A stretch of DNA of 64,000 nt from Amphiscolops sp. MND2022 (GCA_964187785.1 OZ076413.1:56482001-56546000); one strand, 5' to 3'. Positions 34,121-47,443 are shown, counted from the first letter of the stretch. The notes: a model not told the origin generated them from the letters alone. A program made the numbers and translations.

Positions 34121-34385
34121 TTATTTGGTGCCGTGTTGTCGAATCCTCCCACATGCCGTGAAGGCTTCTACGGAAACGGACAAACCTTCGTGTTCAAGTT
34201 CACCAGAAGGCCCGGCAAAGCAATCCCGAGTTCCCTTCAGGTGAAGAAGATTCTGTCTGAGACGATGCACCAATCTGCAGCTGAGACTAACAAAGACTTA
34301 GATATGTGGAAACTTGAGTGTTACAACTGGGCAGGCAGTAACAACCTCTTCATCTCTTGTGGCAATGATCACATCACTGTCGGCG
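34121..34385 (+). CDS. OXR1: OXR1-like exon, TLDc middle (LFGAVLS...GFYGNGQTFVFKF...YNWAGSNNLFI...TVG)
   Basis: gtttcag| acceptor; FG...FYG.G.TF.F and W.G.N..F TLDc motifs. The g|gtgata donor is phase 1. Confidence 0.85.
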
Positions 34386-35015
34386 GTGATAACTAGTCAG
34401 TATCTTTAAAGTTGATCATGGCCACCTTATTCCTTTGAATACAAGCCGCTGGCTCTATAAATATGACACCAAACATTTTAGGTTTTGGTTTTTAAACGGA
34501 AGAATATTTTTGGCGAAGCAACCAAGTTCGAATACAATTCGCGTCTCTTTATGACGATATCCTGTTTCCAGTTGAAGTAATGAAGGATTTGAGTATTCTA
34601 GAGCGGATTCTATTAAGGGTCCTTGTTTTGGAGAATTTTTAAAAGATTAATCAACAGTGTAAATCTATTTGCTAAAATCACGGTCATCGTTAGTTTTGTC
34701 ATTTTTATGCATATTGTAGAGAATGATTCCTGTTTTGTTGCTCATCTGCTAAAACTAAAAGGGTAAGATGAAAGATCTGAGGAAGCTAAAGAAGTATTTT
34801 GGTAAGTGTTCATAAGATCCAAAATGGTTTACTTACAGTAAATTTTCATGACTTTTTCACGACGTCTATACTCCCCACATGCGCGTACAGACTTTTTGGT
34901 ACTTCCCACAATAAATTGTAGCACTTTTTTGTTCAACCCTGGCGAAGTATTTCCTCTCAAATAGGATTCTTTTTCCAATTCCAACAATACTCATCATGGT
35001 CACATTGAATTTTAG

Positions 35016-35217
35016 TAATGCGAAGCCGGCTCTGACGATAGACGCAGACTTGACCAGGGGACAGACGTTTGAGTGCCAGACATTCGACAGTCCCAAGTTG
35101 ACTGCAAACAACGAGAGTGCATTCGAGATAAGCGCAATTGAACTGTGGGCGTTCATCCCCGAAAACTGCTTTGACCAAATGAGTTTCGAAATATCGGGTA
35201 GAATCTTAGATTTATAG
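35016..35217 (+). CDS. OXR1: OXR1-like terminal exon, TLDc C-terminus
   Basis: ttttag| acceptor; ALTIDADLTRG, C.TF, FEISAIELWAF; TAG stop at 35215-35217. Confidence 0.85.
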
Positions 35218-35940
35218 TCCTTCCTAAACATTCCTACAATGCCGAAGCACTTGTTTCTTTTCCAGTTATATCAAGCCCAAGTAATCAATTGAGTTCCCAA
35301 ATAGAATACTGCCAAATACTACAGAAAATGACTCTAAAATCCTCTAAAGCTTTAGTTTTTTCTTCAATAAATGCTGCTGTTGATTTGTAAAAAAAACTTT
35401 TCGGTGGGCGCTACATGATGATTGAAAAGGAGACTTTTGCTACTTTTCCAATAAACGAAGATTTAAGAGTAGTTGCTTCGGGGTTGTAAGAAAGCATTCC
35501 ACATATTGCACACGATATACAAAACTGTATCCCATTCAGCAAAGTGGACTTCGATGTAACTTGAAGTAAATGTGTAGTATATTTTGGTTGTTTGGTGCTA
35601 TAAAGCTAATATGAATATGCGATTCAATAATTTATTAAATACTTTTACTAATTAGATTTTAATCGTCGTCCAAAAAATTTATTCAATAAGTAAGATTATT
35701 GAAAAGCAGTGATAGTTTCGCTTTCAGCTTCGTATACTTGCATTGATCAGGTCATTTTTCATCCCCTTCTTAATATACTGAAAAATAATCAAGTTATCTC
35801 TCAACCAATAGCATTTCATGAGGTAACTAGTTGCGCTGATCAATGGCGTAATTTTTTCCATACTCGCGTAGAGTGAAAGCTCGAATACATTTCAAGTTAG
35901 CACCAGCAAAATATTGACAGCTGGTTGATGAACAACCCAT

Positions 35941-36317
35941 TTTTAGTCGGCGCTTTTCTAGTGAAAAGTGCCCGACTATTACATTGGCTAGTTTTTTTTT
36001 CGTCAGACCACAGACCTCACCCTGTATGTACCATTTGGTTTTCTCACTGGACCAGCACGCTCTTTCCTGATTTTTTTTGAACCGGCGTTTTTCGGCACTA
36101 TGCGACATTTTCTGAAAGATCCGATTTTTTTCCGAATTCTGTTTCCAGTTGGGGAGAAAGTGTTTCCAAGTCTTATGGAGCATGAAAATCACCCTTTGGG
36201 TATTTCAGAACTGTTTGCGTTTTTCATGAAAACGTCCTTGGGCATATTTATAAAACTTAGCGCTTTTTGACCCTTAGATATAGCGCCGACTTTACACGTT
36301 CCCGTCATCCTAGTTTT
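35941..36317 (+). mobile_element. Diverged family A Helentron-like copy
   Basis: TTTTAGTCGGCGC at the 5' end and GCGCCGACTTTACACGTTCCCGTC at the 3' end. Confidence 0.6.
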
Positions 36318-36878
36318 GATTTATGTCCAGCTTCTTTCCACCACATCTTTAATTTCCTGCTTAAGACAGCTGACTCTTTGGCGCCGTGAGAAGCTCCAAT
36401 ACAGAAGGTCAACAAAACACAGCTCTCAGTTGTAACAGTCCTGTCATTGTTCGGGATTTGTTCTAAGTGGCAGCAGCAGCAGCGAGTTGAAGAGAGCAGA
36501 TTGAAACGATTCCCGCGACTAAAACATCCTGAAATAGACTGGCCAGACTACCTGACTGTCAAAACCGTGGATAACTTAACTGATAGCAGCTGCACCGATT
36601 TGATGGAACTTCTATCAATACACCTTGTGGCAAATGACTTCTATTAAGCACATGTGTTAGTCTACAACGTTTTAGCATTTTAAGTACAATCTAAATCTGT
36701 GATGTTGGATAACCGTAATCGCTAGCGCTCTGTCACACCTCCCACAATAAATGAAAAAGTATGAGTTTGTCTCAACTCCGTCTGTCTTATTCGAACCGGG
36801 TAGAATAAAGGCTTTTGAAAACTAATTCTCAATTCTGATCCAGGATATTTCGACAATACAAAAATGTCCGATGATCCA

Positions 36879-39800
36879 ATGAATGTGTAACACCAAAGAC
36901 GAACTATATGAAACTTGCTTTAGAAAGGCATTATCGGTAAATAGTACTTGTCAAAACATGGGAACTGCACACTGTTACGTCTTTTACGTAATGCTTACAA
37001 ACACGTTAACTAATTGGATGACAAACTTTCAGAGGACAAAGGAAAAATCACGTAACAAGACGCCCGCTATGCACCGGGATATTTTCCGCTCTCAATTGGC
37101 TAACTATAGACGTTCAATCAAAAATTTACTTCCTCCTTGGTAAAACGCAATTACATCGAATGTAACGTGAAAATTCTGATAAAGCGCAAAAATTTCGAAC
37201 CTCCGTTTACTCCTCACTAAAACTCAATTTACTTCGGACATAGCGTCAAAAGTTTGCTTATAGCATGGTGGGAGAATTGGGAGTAAGTAACTACATGCAT
37301 GCGAGTAACTACCAAGGAGTCTGAGTAAAGAGGCTGAGTAAGTGCAGCAACAATGAAATGAAGAAAAAAACATAGGCGCAACTGCCATTGCGCGACGGCT
37401 CCGAGCAAACGACCTCTTTGAAAGAGCTCAGGAGTAATGGGTTCTACGGAAGTGCGCCCAAGCACCCCCAATTGCATGGGGTACGTCAAAATACACTTTC
37501 CTCGCAAAAAAAAATAGCAAAAAAACCAATAAGTTTTGGATTTTTTCGCCCTTTTCTCAACGACCAATGGTCGTAGGATAATGAAACTTTCTCTAATGAG
37601 CTTAGAGAAGACATCCTCTTGCGTCGGTTGGTACTAATTATGAGCCGGTTCGAAATGGTTCAAGTGGTAAAAATACACGAAATCGCAAAAAACCCTGAAA
37701 ATTTTCGCAAAAATCGTGTTTTCGAAGCTAGTAAAATTGCCCAGGCGGAAAATTTTCGGAACCTTTTTACATGACCAAAAAGGGCATTCAATTGCGGATC
37801 TGTTTTTGAAAATTTGAATTGTCTCGGAGAATAAGGCTTGGAGAAAATCAGCCGAAATTTTTACAAATGCAGAGGGATGTCACGTTTTGGCGAAAAAAAC
37901 TAAACGCAAACAATAAGGCCCCTCGCTTCGCTCGTCGCCTTAAAAACGAAACACAGCTCATAATTTTTCGTCCCCTACACACAGATCATGATTTTCCTTC
38001 CCTGAACGAAAAACAGTTCACCAGAAACGAGCCCCGGTGGGGATCGAACCACTTCGGTATGGTCGCCAGGCACCGATCGAACCACAAGGCCATGGGAGAA
38101 CTAAAATGAAGCATTTGCACTGTACACAATTCGGTTCATCGCACAAGTAATGATTTTGACCAATTTCAACTGTTGACTAACTTTGGTTGTCAACATCAGC
38201 CGCCCTCGAACAAAAGATATCGAAAAGAGGGACGACCTTAACTAACGGTCTGGTATAATAGCTATGTTTTGTTCTCAAATTATCGGACTGAGCGATACTG
38301 TAAGAACCATAGTAGAATGACCAAACTTTTGTCTGTATGTAGAAGCTGCGGAAGCCGGTAGAATCATTGATCCTCACTAAGACCCCAGGTTTCAAGTGTC
38401 GCCTGGAGTCAGGTTGACTTTTCTCTGGTTGGTTTTGCAGTACCACGTATTCTTTAATCCAACGAGATCAGATGGACTTTGCATATGCTTGAGCGAAGCG
38501 TTTCCAGTGGTTAAAATCCTTGACAGCTGGTTTTTTTTGTTCAAGTCAGAACTTACAGGTGCCAAGGTTCTGGCGTTAAGTGTTTGTTCCAGACACAGAC
38601 GGTAGACAAATAGACGTCTTCGATTAACTTCCGGGTACCTGAGGTTGTGTAGACCACGCCCTTACAACTAACAAGCCGTTCCCGAGACGCACCTTTAAGT
38701 GGACCTCCAGGTGGATTGAACTTCCACGTCAGTTTGTTATGAATGTGTAACACCAAAGATGAACTATATGAAATTGTTTAGAAAGGCATTATCGGTAAAT
38801 AGTACTTGTCAAAACATGGGAACTGCACACTGTTACGTCTGTTACGTAATGCTTACAAACACGTTAACTACTTGGATGACAAACTTTCAGAGGACAAAGG
38901 AAAAATCACGTAACAAGACGCCCGCTATGCACCGGGATATTTTCCGCCCTCAATTGGCTATCTATAGACGTTCAATCAAAAATTTACTTCCTCCTTGGTA
39001 AAACGCAATTACGTCGAATGTAACGTGAAAATTCTGACATAGCGCAAAAGTTTCGAACCTCCGTTTACTCCTCACTAAAACTCAATTTACTTCGGACATA
39101 GCGTCAAAAGTTTGCTTATAGCATGGTGGGAGAATTGGGAGTAAGTAACTACATGCATGCGAGTAACTACCAAGGAGTCTGAGTAAAGAGGCTGAGTAAG
39201 TGCAGCAACAATGAAATGAAGAAAAAAACATAGGCGCAACTGCCATTGCGCGACGGCTCCGAGCAGACGACCTCTTTGAGAGAGCTCAGGAGTAATGGGT
39301 TCTGCGGAAGTGCGCCCAAGCACCCCCAATTGCATGGGGTACGTCAAAATACACTTTCCTCGCAAAAAAAATTTGCAAAAAAACCAAAAAATTTTGGATT
39401 TTTTCGCCATTTTCTCAACGACCAATGATCGTAGGGTAATGAATCTTTCTCTAATGAGCTTAGAGAAGACAACTTCTTGCGTCGGTTGGTACTAATTATG
39501 AGCCGTTTGATTTGTTCATGTAGTAAAATTAAGCAAAATCTACATTTAGAATTTTTTTCGAAAAAAACCTTAAAATTTCCGATGTTTAATCGCCATTTTC
39601 TGAACGCCCAAAAGTTGTAAAATAATTCAAGTTTCACAACCTCAAAAAGAACATTTTTTTTGCGTCAGTTGGTACCTATTTTGAGACGGTTCGAAATGGT
39701 TCAATCGGTAAAACTACCTAAAATCGGAAAAAAACCCTAAAAATTTTCGCAAAAATCATGCTTTCAAAGCTTATAAAATCGCCCAGGCAAAAAATTGTCA

Positions 39801-41135
39801 GAACCTTTTAACATGGCTAGAAAGGCATTCAGTTGCGGTTCTTTTTTTAAAAAAATTTTAGGTTCGTTTAAGTAGTAAAATTGAGCATAACCTACATTTA
39901 GAAAATTTTTGCGCAAAAAAAACCCAAAAAGTTTTGGATTTTTCTCAACGCCCAATAATTGTAAGATAATGAAACTTTCACGACCTTAATTTAAAGAAGA
40001 CATCCTGGTGCGTTAGTTGGTACCTATTTTGAGACGGTTCGATATGGTTCAAGTGGTAAAAATACACGAAATCGCAAAAAACCCTAAAAATTTTCGCAAA
40101 AATCGAGCTTTCGAAACTAGTAAAATTGCCCAGGCGGAAAATTTTTGGAACTTTTTTGCATGACCAGAAAGGGCATTCAATTGCGGATCTGTTTTTGAAA
40201 TTTTGAATTGTCTCGGAGAATTAGGCTTGGAGAAAATCAGCCGAAACTTTTACAAATGCAACGGGATGTCACGTTTTAACGAAAAAAAAACTAAACGCAA
40301 ACAATAAGGCCCCTCGTTTCGCTCGTCGCCTTTAAAACGAAACACAGATTATAATTTTTTGTCCCCTACACACAGATCATGATTTTCCTCCCCTGAACAA
40401 AAAATAGTTCACCAGAATTGAGCCCCGTTGGGGATCGAACCACTTCGGTATGGTCGCCAGGCACCGATCGAACCACAAGGCCATGGGGGATATACATTGA
40501 AGCATTTCCACTGTACACAATTCGGTTCATCGCACAAGTATTAATTTTGACCAATTTCAACTGTTGACTAACTTTAGTTGTCAACATCATCCGCCCTCGA
40601 ACAAAAGATATCGAAAAGAGGGACGACCTTAACTAACGGTCTGGTATAATAGCTATGTTTTGTTCTCAAATTAGCGGACTGAGCGAAACCGTAAGAACCA
40701 TAGTAGAATGACCAAACTTTTGGCTGTATGTAGAAGCTGCGATGGCCGGTAGAATCATTGATCCTCACTAAGACCCCAGGTTTCAAGTGTCGGCTGGAGT
40801 CAGGTTGACTTTTCTCTGGTTGGTTTTGCAGTGACACGTATTCTTTAATCCAACGATATCAGATGGCCTTTGCATATGCTTGAGCGAAGCGTTTTTAGTG
40901 GTCAAAATCCTTGACAGCTGGTTTTTTATGTTCAAGTCAGAACTTACAGGTGCCAAGGTTCTGGCGTTAAGTGTTTGTTCCAGAGGCAGACGGTAGACAA
41001 ATGAACGTCTTCGATTAACTTCCGGGTACCTGAGGTTGTGTAGAACACACCCTTAAAACTAACAAGCCGTTCCCGAGACGCACCTTGAAGTGGACCTCCA
41101 GGCGGATTGATCTTCCACGTCAGTTTATTATGAAT
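36879..41135. repeat. Tandem segmental duplication (copy 1 36879-38744; copy 2 38739-41135) with satellite-like ~350-bp units at 39480-40260
   Basis: 36879-37637 aligns to 38739-39505, and 37622-38744 aligns to 40012-41135. The junction carries the microhomology ATGAAT. Confidence 0.85.
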
Positions 41136-44100
41136 CATCGTCGAAGAAAAGTGTTGCATCTTGCATTGAATACAAGTACGAAGTTTTTTCTCTGCACCCA
41201 CGGAGAAGGTGCCGTTATCCGACCAAATCATTGACGGCGTTCCACGACGTGCGATGCATCTATTAATGCCAATCACACAAGTGCTGGTGTCCAAAAAAGA
41301 TATAATTTCCAGAGGTACAGTTCAAGAAGTCAGGCATGTAAATGAGATTGCCAATCGTTTTACAGAACGTCGAACTTTAACAAACGAAGAACTGAAGTAG
41401 TAATCGCTGGTCTTGGTGAATGGTAGAGACTTAATTGCTAACCGCCCTCAAATCAGCCATCATTGGAGTCAGTGTCTGTGCTTTGCGATCTCTACAAGCA
41501 AGACATTCGTCTTCAACGTTTTGGAACATTTGACGTAATCTCGGTACAGTGAAGCGTTGTTGCACTTGAGGCCTCAAAAAATCAAGTCCTTGATGATGAT
41601 GACATTTGTGTAGATTTTCAAGCATCAAAAGTTCGACTGGGTACAAACCATCCAAATAGTCTGTAATCTTGGTGTCGAATACAATCGCGTCGAACTGTTA
41701 AGTGCGTAATTTGCACCTAAGCAATTCTCGGGGTCCGTCGAAAGAAGAGAACGAGAAGACGTGGCTGGTATTAGCGATTGACTGCTCTTTAAAGCAACAT
41801 TTGGATTCTGCCAGAGGAGAAACACTTTTTTATTGGCGAAACTTTTTCACCTGAGTCGATGATTTTCTGGTCACGACAGCGGAACTTACGATACTTCGGT
41901 AAAAGACTCAGAATGTAAGCGGGTTTGCGGACTGTTTTCGAGTACCTGCTTTTTGTCCGTTCAACGAAAACTTGTGTTGGTTGCTGACTCGACGTGACGG
42001 ATACAAAAAGTGATGATCAACTTTTTCGGGTTCCGTTTAAATAGGAAAGTCGGTTGTTCGGAGAAACTCTGGTCCATTGAACCAACTACTTACTTTCATT
42101 GCCTCAGCAGAAAGTCCTCTGGTTCTGGCATCAGCTGGATAGTCTGATGTACCTATGCAGTTCCACTGATCCACAGTTGAGAGCAACTATTTCACTCGCG
42201 CTTTTTGCAATAAAAATTTGTTGTTTCCCCCAACGAGTTCAACCACTGTATCACTGTTGTGCTGTCAGTCCATAAGTAATTCGTTTCAAGGGATAAAATC
42301 GGTGCTTAATGCACGTCATTAGCAAGTCGGCCAGCTAATACCGCGGCTTGAAAATACCAGTTTCGGTACTGTCAGAAGTTTCATGGGAGCCACACGTGCT
42401 TTCCCAATATCGAATCCTAAATGAGTTGAATTTTCGGACAACTCTAACGAATGTCCTCGGGGAAAAGCTACTGCATCGGCAGCTTCGTATGAGCTATCTC
42501 CAGAAACATGGAGTTCAATTCTGTCAACGGTCGAGCGAAAGAAACTCCGATGACTTTTTTAGACCAAAAGGCTCTGCAGGTCGATTGTCCTTCACTGATT
42601 TTTCCAGCTATCTCTTTGGGAAGTTCGTTGTCCCACTCTTGGCCGGTTAAACGCCAGATTTTCTACAGAATGAGCCTTGCTTTCAGAGTGAACGATGCTA
42701 GTAGACCACTGGGATCACAGACTGAAGCAACCAAACTAGGAATCGATCTCTGAGTTGGCGGAGTTTGAACAGTACGATCTGTTGTTTGGCTTACAATCAG
42801 AATATCAATGGCATGGTTTCATTTCAAACCAAGAAAATGTGAGGAATTGTTTTTAAACCAAAAAATGTGTCGCGTGTTTTGATTCAGAACAATTTTATTG
42901 GCTGGGGCTTCCTGCCACAAATCTCAAAGTGACGGTTGATTGGAACGCATGACTCCCACTTGCAAAAACATCGCTTCGATATCTGCCAGTACGGCGATGA
43001 GACTCTACAGAAATGAATGAGAACATGTGAGAGATTCTGTATTATGCTTGGGCCAGTAAACAAAGCGCTGTTCTTTGACTATTGTTTTGCACAAAGCAGC
43101 TCCGTTCAAACATCTGCATGCTTTAGCGTGCTTGGGGGGATTGGCAGGGTAGAAACCCTTCACGGTTTGTACGATTTGTAGCATCATCGGCCCGTACGTC
43201 AACGACATAACAATCGGCCAGGTCATCATCTTCCTTTGTCTTGTTGGTTATTTGATTTCAGCTCCAGATCATTCTCAAGACGTTTCTTGAGAGCCTTTAA
43301 CTGAAATAAAGCAGCAAACAAAATTTTGGGAGGATGTTCCTCGGTTGACCACAACACCCCAACTTGATAGCGTTCGCCATCGTGAAATGCGCTTCCTTCT
43401 AGACTTGTTGATGTTCACTTATCAGAAAATGAACAAAAGTCCACGTGCTTATTTGCTCTGAAAAATTCTAGATCGTACCAAACACGTATTTGCTCATTGA
43501 AATTTCCGGTTCGCACATCAGCTTTGAAACAGGTTGAAAACATATAATTGGTTGAAGAAAGAAGCCCACTTGAAGCTCATCCTAACGGAAGACAAACGGG
43601 TATCGATGAATTCTTCGTATCGGTATTGAAATTATGTAAAAAGGATGGATGGCTGCTAAAGCCTCTTGACCAAGATAAATATCTTTTTGTTGAAGGGCAG
43701 TTACGTCGAAGAAGTCTTGTCCAACCTTGATTCTTTGCTTCAGGCGTTAAGTGATGAATTTCGTTGTTTTCGCCAGCTAAACGGGACAATTCTGAGTCCA
43801 CTGTTGACCGTTAACTGGCTGTTTCTTGTAAAATGATTCAGTTTACTGTAACGTTGAAAGGATGACGACGAACATTCATTTTTACGTCGAGTTTCCAGGT
43901 CACCCAGTATGACTGCAAGGGGTATCACAAAGAGCCAGAGGTATCACAAACTGGCTGATATTTCGGCTTTTGGGTGCTCCGGAACAACGTTGGTAACATT
44001 GGCACTGGATTCAAAATGCGTTGGCAGGAGTTACGCTGTTTGCTGGGAAACACGCGTTCAACACCATGTCCTAAAATGCTATACCTGCATCTGAATTTTC

Positions 44101-45650
44101 GAGATGCTGACAGTTGCAGAATCCGTATTTAGCATTCGAGCAGGAAAGCCATGGTTCTTTTCAGCATTTTTGTGCGCTTGGTTGGTGTGTTCATTCTAAA
44201 AATTGTGCAGTTCCAGAGGTCATGAGTATCTTTACAGACAACACAAAGTGTCAAGGTTTTCGTTGTTTCCGAAGAAACTCAGACCTCATCAAAAGTCCGA
44301 TGCTCAGTAGTGGAGGCAAAAACTTTCGAAGTGGTCTTTTTTGTTCTGACGAAAAAGGAAGAGACTTTTCAAGAAATGCTTTTTCGGAATACTTTGCATC
44401 CTCAGGGTTTTCCTGAAGCCATGTATCAAATTCGTGTGATGTCGGCTGGCGCAGATTTATTACCAATACCGGAGCGACCATCCTTCTTTCAATTTCGAAG
44501 GTAGTTTAGATACACCTTGATTCAAAAAAGATGCATTTCTCAGATCAGCATCGTAACAAAGATGTTGCAAAACACTCACAAGACTTGGTATGACGAAAGC
44601 GTAACTGACAAGGCTTTTTGGGCTGTGCATTTAACACCAGGATAATTGGAAAACTTATTCAAATGCGCTCCAACCACAGCCTGCGGTTGGCCGTAGTTTC
44701 GCTACAAGGCAAGGTGTACAGCGCTTGCGGCTACATGCTCCCACAGTAGGCAAAGTTCGCCATGACACTTTTAGCGTTGCCTGTTACCAATGTTTTAAAG
44801 AAAGTCAATTTCAAATCAGGACTGAGTGGAGCGGAATCAAGGCTTGATCGGAATTATTCAAACCACTCCCGCCACCGCAGATTATTCCCATTATAGGCCT
44901 CGATTTTCCACTCCGGAGGTGGATCTTTTCGACTGATGTTTAGAAGCTCTGCTAAATCCTTAACTTTTAGAAGATTATCAAAGGGTAGGTGACTGGACCC
45001 TGAGATTGCAGTAGCAACTGAGATAGATGGAAGGGCGTTCGTGCTGGGAATCCCAGAAGCGTCTCAGCGCATGTCGCATGTGCAGCTCTTTTTTGATTGA
45101 GCTGCATCACACTGTCTGTCGACTTCCTCACGTCTCATCTTAGCAAGCCCTAATTCTTTCTTGCGTTGAATGGATGTGTTGGATACAGACGAATTAGTTT
45201 TACTGGTACCATTTGATTTGGAACTAAGTTGCTTTCCAGCCCTAACGGTACTGATAGTGTCTTCTGGACTGTCTAAGTACTGTTGAGCATCTTCCAAGTA
45301 CATATGTTTATGTCTAGTGATCGCGTCCACCCAGTTTAGGAGTTCATTCGTTAACGGTTTTTTCTCTTGAGTCATTTTCGCTCATTGCAACACTTCATCG
45401 TTTTTCGCGTTTGCTGCGTCGGAGCAGCCATGACAAGTGCCAGCAGCCTTCCAACTCTAACTTTCCGATCGCCCTTCCAGAAAACTCCTTTTTCGTGTCA
45501 AGTTGGGCCTTTGTCAATTGTCCTTCTATTTTTGATCCTGCCTCAAAAAGCTTCGACATCTCGAAGAGGTCAGCTGACATCATTTAATTACTTTATTCAA
45601 CGTAGAACGTTGTTCGCACGGTAAACTGCGGGCAAAACTCAAACAAAGAA
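40570..45650 (-). mobile_element. Degenerate Bel/Pao retrotransposon internal region
   Basis: Gag PPEWKIEAYNGNNLRWREWF...LKLTFFKTLVTG; integrase HHQGLDFLR...CLAC, RRGTPSMIWSDNGT, WKINPP, RPLVKVVPLF. Numerous stops. The 3' end is duplicated at 38177-38744. Confidence 0.85.
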
Positions 45651-46981
45651 AGGAGCTCTTGTTGTGATTGGTCTATAATCCGAAAATTTTGTTGGGTCAC
45701 TGACAATCATTAGAAGCAGGAAATAGTTATTAGCTTGAATTTACTTGCAATATATTTGCAATGCCAATTTAATGAGAATTGCGAGAAGGGGAATAGTCAA
45801 GAGAAGACAAAGGACCTTAATCACAAAAAGGCGCCCGATCCATATCCCAGGTGTGAACCCAAGGTCACGAGCCAGTACAAAAGTATAGCCAGAGCTAATC
45901 TAAGGAATCAGAATAAAACTAAGCGGGAACGCGAGCTCAAAGAACCAAACTGAGTTCAACGCGTTTGTAGATCAAGTTTGTAGAGTTTGTAGAGGAAGCA
46001 AAAATGCTCAGCACCCCTCTTTTGTTAACAAGTTAATCTCAGACACAAGAAATTACCAAACAAAGTTCACTCCGATTCCGCTTTGCTCTGCGATGACGTT
46101 CATTAAAATTTTGGGAATGGCTTTTCTGAACAGGAGCAGGATGTTTTTATCTAAATTCTAAGATCGAAGTCAGGGACTTCAACTCCAGTTTTTGGAGATG
46201 ATGAAGCATTGAGTACTGTTTCGATAGCTTCCTATTGCGAGCTTCGCTTCTGAAAATCGCGTCTTTCAAAATGTGAAGTTACATTTGTTTTTTTAGGTTT
46301 TCAAAAGTATCAGGCACACCTTGTCGTTTAGTGTGAACTACAGCTTTTATTTGATCACGGACGTTAGGGAGGATGTTTTGTGATCGCTACGCAATTAAGC
46401 ATTATTATTTCTGGTGTTTTATTGAAATTGTTGACTAAACTTCGTGCTAAACAAAATGGTCACGTTGGCTTCCAAAACGGTTCCCGAGTGAATGCTGAAC
46501 TGTTTTTTCTTTTTCCTTGGGTTAGGATACCAGCGAAGTCCAGAATTTGTAGAAACTCGAGGCGCAAGACGCATCTGAGCCTTATTCGCTAAACGTAAGG
46601 CAGCGAAAAGTGAAATATCAAAAAACCCAACCGGAACAACCAAAGTTCTTTTTTGCTCGTCGTTGCTGATTTGCACGACACACAAACTATGAAAAATTTG
46701 ACCGTATTAGGCACCAAGTGAGTTAATGGGATGTTCCTTTTTCCAATGTCACTAATGAATGTTTACAAATTTACAAACTTGAAACCTTCTTGATTTCGAT
46801 TTGGACTAATCTGCAAAGAAGGGGTCACTTTCTGAGTTGAATTGAACTGCTTCATTTTCGGAAAAAGCGTGGGGGTCAAAACTCAATTACGTCAACAATG
46901 ACGTTCAGAGGATGTTTCATATTAACCAAGTGAGAAGCCAAATAGGTTGAGGAACACGGAATTCACGGTCGTGGCATTAAA

Positions 46982-47443
46982 ATGTCTCAGCTCTGTCTAG
47001 CGTATTCGAATCGGGCACATGAAAGCCTTTTTCAAACTAAATCTGAATTCCGATTCAGGGTATTTCGACAATAAAACCATGTCCAAAGACTCACTGAATG
47101 TGATATCTCACAAGATGATTTTTTGAAGCTTGTTTAGAACGGCATTATTGACTGATAGTACATGTAAAAACGAAAGAACTGCAGACTGTTTTGTATACTT
47201 TGAACACGTTAATCAATTGCATGAAGCACTTTCTGAAGACAAAGGAAAAGATCACGTAATAAACGAGATGCTAAAACGAAAAGTTACTTCACCCGAATTG
47301 AGGCCCCAGCGGGGTGCTAACCACTTCGGTATAGTTGCCAGGCGGCATGACATTGAAGCAATTGCACATGTACACACTTCGGTTCACCGCACACCTAATA
47401 TTTTTGAACGGTTTTGATTGCTGACAAACAGTGGTTGTCAACA
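46982..47443 (-). repeat. Putative LTR relic of the degenerate Bel/Pao element
   Basis: 46982-47280 aligns to 36770-37140. 47303-47443 aligns to 38030-38186 and 40420-40586. On the - strand it begins TGTTGACAAC, like the sequence following the purine tract at 40586. Confidence 0.5.

Larger units (their letters stand above)
329..35217 (+). other. OXR1: OXR1/NCOA7-family (TLDc-domain) gene, 3' portion, multi-exon; 5' exons lie upstream of the window
   Basis: Exon peptides match recalled OXR1 landmarks in the correct order: ENFLKIQVTQI, EGTLLITPNAVMF, YWFKLPAEW|VDKVYAFFVQWTP, KEWE, LPMPEIQGESLIM, LPSRCMGSVWCCMYNSTLDGLSINTLYR, LFGAVLS..GFYGNGQTFVFKF, ALTIDADLTRG..C.TF....FEISAIELWAF. GT-AG phases are consistent for eight of nine junctions. 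Confidence 0.88.

Noticed and set aside
34241-34280. Possible 40-nt GT-AG intron inside the TLDc exon
   Set aside because: Removing it shifts the frame to a stop before the conserved YNW motif.
37229-39425. Two near-identical 112-aa ORFs suggesting a conserved gene pair
   Set aside because: Explained by the tandem duplication; the sequence is repeat-derived and has no domain.
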